Below, piece after piece: positions 37,804 through 51,000 of a stretch of DNA of 64,000 nucleotides (its first letter is position 1; each line of letters starts with the position of its first letter). The position numbers and the translations under genes were made by a program. A model generated the notes under the pieces. The model did no database searches, was not told the DNA's origin, and saw only the letters and a list, made by a program, of their open reading frames with translations. The stretch comes from Eledone cirrhosa (lineage: Eukaryota), in assembly GCA_964016885.1 (NCBI GenBank), contig OZ024765.1, positions 7,316,001 through 7,380,000 on the forward strand, in the 5' to 3' direction.

Positions 37804-40800
37804 GTGAGTCGTACCTTTAATTCTCATCGAATTTTACAATTTTATTGATTTTTTTAATCAATATTTTTGCCCGTTCGATAATTGACACTTGTTAACGCCT
37901 TCCTATAAATATTTTATTGAATATTTCCTTTCAGGCGTTAATTTGAAACCTGTTTTTATTATTACTGGGCTTTCTCCACAAATGTCCCTCCGAAGTCTCC
38001 CCGCTATTGGGGAATTTTTCATTGTTATTTTTTTCTTACATCCTCTGTTTTTGTTTTTTTACACGCAGAAATGCCCATTTGTACCGTCCTGTATTGTCCT
38101 GCACTGTCCTTAATGTCTACTTTATGTAAACCCTTGTGGTTAATAAAGAAATCATTATTATATTATTAACTTTGCCTTTCATCTTTACGGTGGATTGATA
38201 ATATATAGTACCAGACACACACTGGATCGAGTTAATGCCCCCCCCCCAAAGATTTGCTGTATATAATTACGGACCTTTATGTTTTGAGTTCAAATCCTGC
38301 CGAGGTTAGCTTTGCTTATTGTCATTACGGAGTCGATAAAATGAAGTACCAGTAACACACTGGGGTCGATTTAATCAACATTCCCATGCCCTTCAAATTG
38401 ATAGCCTTGTGCCAAAATTAGAAACAATTATTGTAACGTACCAGTAATGCACTGGTATCAATATAATCGACTTGCTCCTCCCCTAAAATTGTCGGCCTTG
38501 TGCCTAATGTAGAAACCATCACAGAGTTACGGCCCTTTATGATCTGAGTTCAAATACTGCTAAGGTTAGCTTTGCCTTTCATCCTTACGGGGTTCATGAA
38601 ATAAAGTACCAGTAATGCACTGAGGTTGCATTTAATCAACTTTCTCCTCCCACCAAATTGCTGACCTTGTGCCTAAAGTAGAAATCATTATTGTTGTTGT
38701 TGTTATTTTAATTTCTTTGGATATTTTTAGTTGTTGTTGTTGTTTAGCCTTAGGTCTTGGCTTGTCACCAGGTGGTTGTGGTGGTGATGCGGGTTGTAGT
38801 GATGGTGGTGGTGGTGGTGGTGATGGTAGTGGTGGTGGTGATGGTAGTGGTGGACTGGGTGTTTTTTGTCATGGCACCAACTCTACCATCTTACAGGGCT
38901 GACTGGGTGCTATTTCACCATGGCACCAGCTCTAGCACCTTACTGGGTGGACTGGGGGCTTTTTCAACTTGACACCTGCATGACCACTTTACAGAGTGGA
39001 CTGGGTGCATTTTCACCATGGTATGGATGAAAGACAATGTTGATCTTAGTGGGATTTGAACTCAAATAGCCAAAATAGATACTGCAAAGCATTCTACCTG
39101 ATATTCTAACGACTCTATCAATTCGCCGTCTAATTCTAAAGTCTGTCCCGAGCCTGGAAGCTCATCAGGCTGATGCTTGTCCTGGTTTCTGTAGCACGAA
39201 GTGACTGAGGGTACAAGACTCCCTGCTGGACAGGATGCCAGTCCACTGCAGGGTTAAACCCCTAGTACTCATTTTCAGCTGAGTGTACTGGAACAACTTG
39301 AAACAAAGTGTTCTGCTCAAGAACACAACACAACCCAGCCCAGGAATCAAACACGTGACATTATGATCACAAGACCAACACCCTTACCACTGGGGCAACA
39401 TGAAATGGACTGTTTTGCTCAAGAACACAACACACAACCCAATCCAGCAATTGAACCTACAAAATTATGATTATAAGTCTGACACCCTTACCACAAGGCC
39501 ATGCACCTCCACACTTCTCTAATTAATTTTTATTAATTCATTCTTGTCTAGCACTTGAAAATCCTCCGGCTACATTTGAAATATTTGAAGAAAAAGAAGA
39601 AGGAATAAGTTTACCAGAAGTTGGGGTGACAAACTCGAAATATTTCCATGATATCGACAGCAGCATTTTCCTTTCTGAAACTGTGAATATCTCTGAAGAG
39701 ACAAATAGAGAAGAACATGTGGGAAGAGGATGGATGAAACCCCTAAGAATCAAGTAGGTTTGCAACTTGTATATTTTGGTATTTATTTGTCTTTATCTCT
39801 AGAGGAGACTGTTTGCCACTGTTGGCCTCCACCCTACAATCATTTTCGTCACGAAAGACAAGCGAGGCACTTTCAGTTTGTGTCAAAAGACACAACAACT
39901 ACACTCAATAGCATATATGACCGTATGTAAGGAGGATAATAATAATAATGAAATTATTGTGTACAGTGCTCAGGTGCACTACAACTCATCAAAGGTGCAT
40001 GTATAGTACAGAGAATAATGTACAAATATCAGGAAAGTGAACAGTGTAAGAGTCATACATGTGTGAAAGTGTATGGAAGGGGTATATCAGGTGTAGTGTT
40101 GGCGAATTTCAAGAAGCATGGAGGTTTTAAAGGATGCAGTGTCCCGGCAGCTAGCAACTGATGCAGGTAGTTTGTTCCATGGAGGTTTTAAAGGATGCAG
40201 TGTCCCGGCAGCTAGCAACTGACGCAGGGAGTTTGTTCCATGGAGGTTTTAAAGGATGCAGTGTCCCGGCAGCTAACAACTGACGCAGGGAGTTTGTTCC
40301 ATGGAGGTTTTAAAGGATGCAGTGTCCCGGCAGCTAGCAACTGATGCAGGGAGTTTGTTCCATGGAGGTTTTAAAGGATGCAGTGTCTCGACAGCTAGCA
40401 ACTGACGCAGGGAGTTTGTTCCATGGCGGTTTTAAAGGATGCAGTGTCCCGGCAGCTAGCAACTGATGCAGGGAGTTTGTTCCATGGAGGTTTTAAAGGA
40501 TGCAGTGTCTCGACAGCTAGCAACTGATGCTGGGAGTTTGTTCCATGGAGGTTTTAAAGGATGCAGTGTCTCGACAGCTAACAACTGACGCAGGTAGTTT
40601 GTTCCATGGAGGTTTTAAAGGATGCAGTGTCCCGGCAGCTAACAACTGACGCAGGGAGTTTGTTCCATGGAGGTTTTAAAGGATGCAGTGTCCCGACAGC
40701 TAACAACTGACGCAGGGAGTTTGTTCCATGGAGGTTTTAAAGGATGCAGTGTCCCGGCAGCTAACAACTGACGCAGGGAGTTTGTTCCATGGAGGTTTTA

Positions 40801-42641
40801 AAGGATGCAGTGTCTCGGCAGCTAACAACTGACGCAGGGAGTTTGTTCCATGGAGGTTTTAAAGGATGCAGTGTCCCGGCAGCTAACAACTGACGCAGGG
40901 AGTTTGTTCCATGGAGGTTTTAAAGGATGCAATGTCCCGGCAGCTAGCAACTGACGCAGGTAGTTTGTTCCATGCTTCAGCAACTCTAAGCTTGAAAAAA
41001 TGTCTCTGAAAGCCATGGGAGCTGTGATACAGATCCTTCAGCCTGTCTGGGAGCTCAGTAACTCCGTTTAAATCCAGAAAAATTTCCTAAGGAGCATCAC
41101 ACCCCTTGGAACATTGAGCATAAGTAGTGAAAGAGTCACTCGCTGGTCAGAAAAACTTAACAACTTCCTATCAGTAACAACAATGGAGCTAAAGATGGGT
41201 GAGGCATTGCCCTCTGGAGCAGATACAAACTATGCAGTGTGGAAATCCCTAAACAGATTAAGATCTGGTGTTGGATGTGCAAAAGTCACTCTTGCAAACT
41301 GGGGATATTTAACCCTTTAGCATTTACATTACTCTATATATATACTATTGTATTTTCATGGTAAAGTCTTTACCTCACATAACATTTACATTACTCTATA
41401 TATATACTATTGTATTTTCATGGTAAAGTCTTTACCTCACATAACATTTACATTACTCTATATATATACTATTGTATTTTCATGGTAAAGTCTTTACCTC
41501 ACATAACATTTACATTACTCTATATATATACTATTGTATTTTCATGGTAAAGTCTTTACCTCACATAACATTTACATTACTCTATATATATACTATTGTA
41601 TTTTCATGGTAAAGTCTTTACCTCACATAACATTTACATTACTCTATATATATACTATTGTATTTTCATGGTAAAGTCTTTACCTCACATAACATTTACA
41701 TTACTCTATATATATACTATTGTATTTTCATGGTAAAGTCTTTACCTCACATAACATTTACATTACTCTATATATATACTATTGTATTTTCATGGTAAAG
41801 TCTTTACCTCACATAACATTTACATTACTCTATATATATACTATTGTATTTTCATGGTAAAGTCTTTACCTCACATAACATTTACATTACTCTATATATA
41901 TACTATTGTATTTTCATGGTAAAGTCTTTACCTCACATAACATTTACATTACTCTATATATATACTATTGTATTTTCATGGTAAAGTCTTTACCTCACAT
42001 AACATTTACATTACTCTATATATATACTATTGTATTTTCATGGTAAAGTCTTTACCTCACATAACATTTACATTACTCTATATATATACTATTGTATTTT
42101 CATGGTAAAGTCTTTACCTCACATAACATTTACATTACTCTATATATATACTATTGTATTTTCATGGTAAAGTCTTTACCTCACATAACATTTACATTAC
42201 TCTATATATATACTATTGTATTTTCATGGTAAAGTCTTTACCTCACATAACATTTACATTACTCTATATATATACTATTGTATTTTCATGGTAAAGTCTT
42301 TACCTCACATAACATTTACATTACTCTATATATATACTATTGTATTTTCATGGTAAAGTCTTTACCTCACATAACATTTACATTACTCTATATATATACT
42401 ATTGTATTTTCATGGTAAAGTCTTTACCTCACATAATTATCTCACTTAATATAAAATCTATGAGATTTTGATATTATTTATTTTAAGAACAAAACCTTAA
42501 CTTTATTATGAGTGGCTGGTTACAGCAGGTTTGAACAGAAAGAGGTGAAAGAATTCTGGCCGGATATGGCCGGTTTAAATGCTAAAGAGTTGAAGGATGG
42601 GGACGTTGTATATGACTGCGACCTCGAACCACAGACTACAT

Positions 42642-42672
<31 letters not shown>

Positions 42673-45600
42673 TCATCACCACTACCACCGCCATCATCAC
42701 CACTCTCACCACCGCCATCATCACCACCACCATATCACCACAACATCATCACCACCACTACCACCTCTACCGCCACCACCACCACGACCACCAACATCAC
42801 CACCACCACCACCACCACCACCACCATACCACCAACACCACCACCACCATACCACCAACACCACCGCCATCAACACCATACCACCACCACCACCACCATA
42901 CCACCACCACCAGACTACCACCACCACCACCACCACCACCACCATACCACCACCACCATCAACACCATACCACCACCACCACCACCATACCACCACCACC
43001 ACCATACCACCATACCACCACCACCACCACCACCACCATACCACCACCACCACCATACCACCATACCACCACCACCACCACCATCAACACCATACCACCA
43101 CCACCACCACCACCATACCACCATACCACCACCACCACCACCATCAACACCATACCACCACCACCACCATACCACCACCACCAGACTACCACCACCACCA
43201 CCACCACCATACCACCACCACCATCAACACCATACCACCACCACCACCACCATACCACCACCACCACCATACCACCATACCACCACCACCACCACCACCA
43301 CCATACCACCACCACCACCATACCACCATACCACCACCACCACCACCATCAACACCATACCACCACCACCACCACCACCACCACACCACCACCACCACCA
43401 TACCACCATACCACCACCACCACCACCATCAACACCATACCACCACCACCACCATACCACCACCATCAACACCATACCACCACCACCACCACCATACCAC
43501 CACCACCATCAACACCATACCACCACCACCACCACCACCATACCACCACCACCATCAACACCATACCACCACCACCATCAACACCATACCACCACCACCA
43601 TCAACACCATACCACCACCACCATACCACCACCACCACCACCACCACCATACCACCACCATCAACACCATACCACCACCACCACCATACCACCACCACCA
43701 TCAACACCATACCACCACCACCATCAACACCATACCACCACCACCATCAACACCATACCACCACCAACACCATACCACCACCACCACCACCATACCACCA
43801 CCAACACCATACCACCACCACCATCAACACCATACCACCACCACCACCACCATACCACCACCACCACCACCACCATACCACCACCATCAACACCATACCA
43901 CCACCACCACCATACCACCACCACCACCACCATACCACCACCATCAACACCATACCACCACCACCACCACCATACCACCACCACCACCACCACCATACCA
44001 CCACCATCAACACCATACCACCACCACCACCATACCACCACCACCATCAACACCATACCACCACCACCAACACCATACCACCACCACCACCATACCACCA
44101 CCACCACCACCATACCACCACTAACCATGTCTCTCTGTCGTGACAGGATGCTGGAAAGTTTACAACAAAATGGAGAACTCAAATACAAGGATTTGCGGAA
44201 ACTTAAGAAGCGACTGGTTCAGGTCTTTATTCAATGCTTAGAAGTGAATAGGTAGGTAATAGTCACAAGCTCTGATACTCAACTGATTCTCACATAACCA
44301 TCAACTTTTCTCAAAGTGGGTGCTAGCCCTGGGGACACTGGGGCCTATACGGGTGGTGCGGATGGTAGAGATGATATGATAGTAAATTAAATATCAAATG
44401 ATAGATATTATATGGCAGTGAGACATGGGCATTGTGTGCAGAGGACCTGCACAGACTGGAAAGGAACGAAGCATGCATGCTCCATTGAATATACACGAAT
44501 GGCAAAACAGGGGATCAAGAAAAGGAATTTTTTTTTATGTGCATAATATGACTTGAAATTTTGGGAAAATTGGCTACACGTAACGCCTCAAAATAGCCCT
44601 AAAAAGCTGGAAAATGAAGTTTTTCACCTAATGCGGGCCCTAGGCTATAAAAAAGTTGAATTTTCTTTGCTCACGGTTTGAAGAAGAGACTGACTAATAC
44701 ATAGTTACAATTTCAAGGAAATCGGTCTGACGTAACGTACCAAAATACCCCTAAAAAGCTGAAAAAATGCAGTTTTTCACCTAGGGGATCAAAAGGTTGA
44801 ATTTTATGTGCATAACACTCCCTGAAACATAAGTAATACACATGTAAAATAATATTGTAAAAGTTATGACATCACTTAATCAAGCTTGAAACGATAAATT
44901 ATACAATGTCAAATCTATAACTTAGTAATCTGTTAGAAATTGCTGGTTGTGAAATATACAAAATGATATTGTTAGTCTCAAGGATTCAAGTACAAAGAGT
45001 AAATTAAAACCGAATGACGAAAGATAACTCTTGTCTTACTTAAAGATAACTCTTGTTTTACTTAATCATGAAAATTGACACGAATAACCGAAACTTTTTT
45101 AATGTCTCCAAAGGCCCCAATATCGATTTTTAAAAGTCTTTGTAGATCATGTACAGGTTTTGTGCAAGGAGAAGCTCTGTAAAAAATTTCAAAGAAATCG
45201 CATGAATGGTTTAGAATATATGAGCCCTCATTAAAAATTGTCCACACACACATACAGAAAACTTTGTCTTTATATATATACAGATATTATTTACAGTTTG
45301 TGTGTAAGCAGGTCGTCTTTCTGTAAATAGGGTTGTGGGGAACTGAGGGTATTATGAGGCCGTGAGGCTGGCGGTGGCCCAAAAGGTTTGAGAACCTCAG
45401 TCATAGACACTCATCTACACTGGGTAGTTGAGCTGTAAAATTTCGTACAGCAGCTAGCAACTGATGCAGGGAGTTTGTACAAAGAGAATAATGTACAAAT
45501 ATCAGGAAAGTGAACAGTGTAAGAGTCATACATGTGTGAAAGTGTATGGAAGGGGTATATCAGGTGTAGTGTTGGCGAATTTCAAGAAGCATGGAGGTTT

Positions 45601-48038
45601 TAAAGGATGCAGTGTCCCGGCAGCTAGCAACTGATGCAGGGAGTTTGTTCCATGGAGGTTTTAAAGGATGCAGTGTCCCGGCAGCTAACAACTGACGCAG
45701 GGAGTTTGTTCCATGGAGGTTTTAAAGGATGCAGTGTCCCGGCAGCTAGCAACTGATGCAGGGAGTTTATTCCATGGAGGTTTTAAAGGATGCAGTGTCC
45801 CGGCAGCTAACAACTGATGCAGGGAGTTTGTTCCATGGAGGTTTTAAAGGATGCAGTGTCCCGGCAGCTAACAACTGATGCAGGGAGTTTGTTCCATGGA
45901 GGTTTTAAAGGATGCAGTGTCCCGGCAGCTAACAACTGACGCAGGGAGTTTGTTCCATGGAGGTTTTAAAGGATGCAGTGTCTCGATAGCTAACAACTGA
46001 TGCAGGTAGTTTGTTCCATGGAGGTTTTAAAGGATGCAGTGTCTCGATAGCTAACAACTGATGCAGGGAGTTTGTTCCATGGAGGTTTTAAAGGATGCAG
46101 TGTCCCGGCAGCTAGCAACTGATGCAGGGAGTTTATTCCATGGAGGTTTTAAAGGATGCAGTGTCCCGGCAGCTAGCAACTGACGCAGGGAGTTTGTTCC
46201 ATGGAGGTTTTAAAGGATGCAGTGTCCCGGCAGCTAGCAACTGACGCAGGGAGTTTGTTCCATGGAGGTTTTAAAGGATGCAGTGTCCCGGCAGCTAACA
46301 ACTGACGCAGGGAGTTTGTTCCATGGAGGTTTTAAAGGATGCAGTGTCCCGGCAGCTAGCAACTGACGCAGGTAGTTTGTTCCATGGAGGTTTTAAAGGA
46401 TGCAGTGTCCCGGCAGCTAACAACTGACGCAGGGAGTTTGTTCCATGGAGGTTTTAAAGGATGCAGTGTCCCGGCAGCTAGCAACTGACGCAGGTAGTTT
46501 GTTCCATGGAGGTTTTAAAGGATGCAGTGTCCCGGCAGCTAGCAACTGACGCAGGGAGTTTGTTCCATGGAGGTTTTAAAGGATGCAGTGTCCCGGCAGC
46601 TAGCAACTGATGCAGGTAGTTTGTTCCATGGAGGTTTTAAAGGATGCAGTGTCCCGGCAGCTAACAACTGACGCAGGGAGTTTGTTCCATGGAGGTTTTA
46701 AAGGATGCAGTGTCCCGGCAGCTAGCAACTGACGCAGGTAGTTTGTTCCATGGAGGTTTTAAAGGATGCAGTGTCCCGGCAGCTAGCAACTGACGCAGGT
46801 AGTTTGTTCCATGGAGGTTTTAAAGGATGCAGTGTCCCGGCAGCTAGCAACTGACGCAGGTAGTTTGTTCCATGGAGGTTTTAAAGGATGCAGTGTCTCG
46901 ATAGCTAACAACTGACGCAGGGAGTTTGTTCCATGGAGGTTTTAAATGATGCAGTGTCTCGATAGCTAACAACTGATGCAGGTAGTTTGTTCCATGGAGG
47001 TTTTAAAGGATGCAGTGTCCCGGCAGCTAGCAACTGACGCAGGTAGTTTGTTCCATGCTTCAGCAACTCTAAGCTTGAAAAAATGTCTCTGAAAGCCATG
47101 GGAGCTGTGATACAGATCCTTCAGCCTGTCTGGGAGCTCAGTAACTCCGTTTAAATCCAGAAAAATTTCCTAAAGAGCATCACACCCCTTGGAACATTGA
47201 GCATAAGTAGTGAAAGAGTCACTCGCTGGTCAGAAAAACTTAACAACCTCCTATCAGCAACAACAATGGAGCTAAAGGCGGGTGAGGCATTGCCCTCTTA
47301 ACAACCTCCTATCAGTAACAACAATTTAGCATTTAAACTGGCCATACTGGCTAGAATTCTCTCACCTCGTTCTGTTCAAACCAGCCATAACCGGCCACCC
47401 ATACTGCTATTAAAATATCATAGATTCGACATTATGTGAGATAATTATGTAAGATAAAGCTTTTACCATGAAAATACAATAGTAAATATAGATAGAGTAA
47501 TGTAAATGCTAAAGGGTTAGTATCATAAAATGAAGTGAGGAGGTAGTCCAAGGCATCAGTAGTTCTCTATCAAAAGGTTTAATGTCTGTTTGTATTATTT
47601 TTATTTGTTTAGTTCTACCAAAAGTGATTCCATGTGGAAATTTCTACAGGAGATTCTTCTTCTTGTCGAGCCATTTGCAGGACATCTGCAGCTTTCTGAA
47701 TGGAAGAATGAGGTGAGCCCCTCGGATATTTCACTACTACTACTACCACCACTACTACTACTACTACTATTACTACTACTACTACCACCACCACCGCCAC
47801 TACTACTACCACCACCACCACTACTACCACCACCACCACCACCACCACTACTACTACCACCACCACCACCACCACCACCACCACTACCACCACCACCACC
47901 ACCACTACTACTACCACCACCACCACCACCGCCACTACTACTACCACCACCACTACTACTACCACCACCACCACCACTACTACTACTACCACCACCACCA
48001 CCACCACCACCACCACCACCACCACCACCACCACCACC

Positions 48039-48073
<35 letters not shown>

Positions 48074-51000
48074 CACCACCACCGCCACTACCACCACCAC
48101 CACCACCACCACCACCACTACTACCATATTTTTGAACTAAAGAAATTTTAGCCTGATAGTGGGGTTTAAAACCATCTAAAAATGGAAAAGGATGAGTATT
48201 GACGTACATGGGAGTCAATGCCACAATTGGTGTTAGGAAGGACATCCAGCTGAAGAAACTAAGCCAAAATACAGACCCAGATGAGTAAGTTGTGGTCTCT
48301 GGACCTGAATTGTCTCATAACATGACAACCTGTCTAAGCATGGAAAAGTGACGTTAAACAACGACGATGATGATGATGATGATGATGATGATGGTGATGA
48401 TGGTGGTCATGCATACATGTACATATTATGCTGTTTGATTCCAGATTATGCATTACCTAAGGAGGATATCCGATGTGTTCAGGCACAGAGGCCCTCCCGA
48501 AGAAGAGGCTGATGTTATTGTGCAGTTGAAGTCGCTCTTTCCACAGGTAAGCTACTGAATAGAAGTTAAATCATTATCATTGTCACCATTATCACCATTA
48601 GCAACAACATTGTTGTCCCCATCACCAGTACCACTATCACGACCATACATATACAGTGGCTCCTCGATATACAGTAGTTCTTTATCCGGTAAATTCACAG
48701 ATACCGTTTTGCGTAATTACTACCATCAATTCTATTTATCATCATCATCATCATCATTTCATTTTACGTCCGCTTTTCCCTGCTAGCAAGGGTGGGACGG
48801 GAACAGACTCTGGCTTGATTTCTACAGCTGGATGCCCTTCCTAACACCAACCTCATTTACAGTGAGTGCTGGGTGCTTTTTTGCCGTGGCACCTCCACGA
48901 CCACTTTGCAGTGGAATGATAGGGAACCCAGTCCCTATCATCTCATTTCTACAGCTGAGTAAACTGGAGCAATGTGAAATAAAGTGTCTTGCTCAAGAAA
49001 ACAACACATCACCCGGTCTGAGAATTGAACTCACAACCTTTCGATTGCAAGGCCAATGCTCTAACCACTAAGCCATGTGCCTTTATGGTAAAAAAAAATC
49101 CACACATACAGTTTTTGGTCGTGTTTTGTTTATATTGTACCGTAGCGCCACCTGTAGTAAGCAATAAATTCCCCCTTGAATTCGTGGAAACTGGCTGCTA
49201 TTCGAATTCTAGGAAAATTGTGTTACTACTGCTATCGTACTAACTGACCTTACCGAGAAACTGGCCAATCACGAGCGAGTTCAGATGTCGGTCGATGATG
49301 TCATAACTCTTAACTGATCACTTCAGTTTGGCAAACTAGCGTGTCCTCTAGGTGAGAGAATTTTTGCTGAACTGAAGTGATCAGTTAAGAAGTATGACGT
49401 CATTCAAAGTAAGAGAAAACCCGACGGCGTGTTTTTGGAGAATAATTATCACGGCATATTTTATAACCCCATATCTCATGGCCCCAAAACGTCCTGCGAA
49501 TATTGCTGATGCAGATGGAAAGGCCAAGCGCATGATGAAGAGCCTGACTTTGGAGATAAAGCTGGACATTTTGAAAAGGAAGGAACCGGGGCAAGGTACG
49601 TTCGCCATAAGTCGTAACTTGGGCCCAGCTCAGTCTACAATCTGGACTGTTTTAAAAAATAGTGAGGCTGTCAAAAAAGCTGGGGAAAATGCTACGAGTC
49701 TACAGAGTAAATTGTTGACCAAACATCGTGAACCGATTATGGATATGATGGAAAGGTTGCTCAAAATTTGGATCAACGACCAAAATCGTCAAAATATGCC
49801 TTTGTCTTTAAATGTAAGCAGTGAGAAAGCATTGTCCATTATTGACAGGCTCAGGACTGAAATGGGGGTGGAGGACTTTGTATTCAAGGCAAGCAAAGGC
49901 TGGTTTGATAAGTTCAAACAACGTTCGAGTCTTTACAACATAAAAGTTACAGGTGAGGCTGCCAGTTCCGACAAAGAGAGTGCTGAAAAATTCAAGGCAG
50001 AATTAGAGAAATGCATTGCAGAGAAGGGGTACAGCAAAAAACAGGTTATTAATTATGATGAAACAGGACTTTATTGGAAAAAGATGACTAATAATACTTA
50101 TATTGACAAGGAGGAGAAAAGTGTGAAGGGGTTCAAAGCCTCAAAGGACCGCGTGACTCTGTTACTTGGAGGGAATGCAGGAGATTTAAAGCTAAAGCCA
50201 CTCATTATCTACCATTCTGAAACTCCAAGAGCACTCAAGAGGTTACTTAAGCAATACCTACTAGTGATATGGAAGTCTAATAAGAAGGCATGGCTGATCA
50301 CTTCAATTCACCAGGATTTTTTCACCTCATATCTGTCACCAACCCTTAAGGAATATGCATTAGCTAACAACATTGCCAACTGTTTTCTGCTATTAGTGGA
50401 CAATGCTCCCAGCCACCCATGGGCAATGGAAGACTGGTCAGAAAATATTGAGGTTTTGTTTCTCCCCCCAAACACCACAGCTCTTATTCAGCCGATGGAT
50501 CAAACAGTCATCAAAACATTTAAGGGGTACTACCAGCGGAGAACCATGCAGCAGCTGATAAAGGGCACAGATAGGCCTGACAAGCCCACGAGCAGGGAAT
50601 GGTGGAAATTGTACAACATCAAGCACGGCTTAGATAACATCAAGGCATCTTGGGAAGAAGTGAAGCAGTCTACCATGAACTTGGCCTGGAAGAAATTATG
50701 GCCAGCATGTACCCGACCTCCCATGGGTACATGCTGAAGCATATAAACAATATGCCCCCCCCCCCACCGCAAGGTGGTCGTGGAGGTGCCACGGCAAAAA
50801 AGCACCCAGCCCACACTGTAAAGTGGACGTGTAGGCGCCACGAAAAAGCACCCAGCACTCACTGTAAATGAGGTTGGTGTTAGGAAGGGCATCCAGCTGT
50901 AGAAATCAAGCCAGATCAGTTCCTGTATGAGCAAGGCATGGTCAGCCGACCAGACACTGCCCACAACAGGACAACCCGTCTAACCCATGCTAGCGTGGAA

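Noticed and set aside
38009-38020. kappaB-like motif GGGGAATTTTTC near an immune gene
   Set aside because: Single short match within repeat-like sequence in the DNHD1 first intron, ~8 kb from PGRP; expected by chance.
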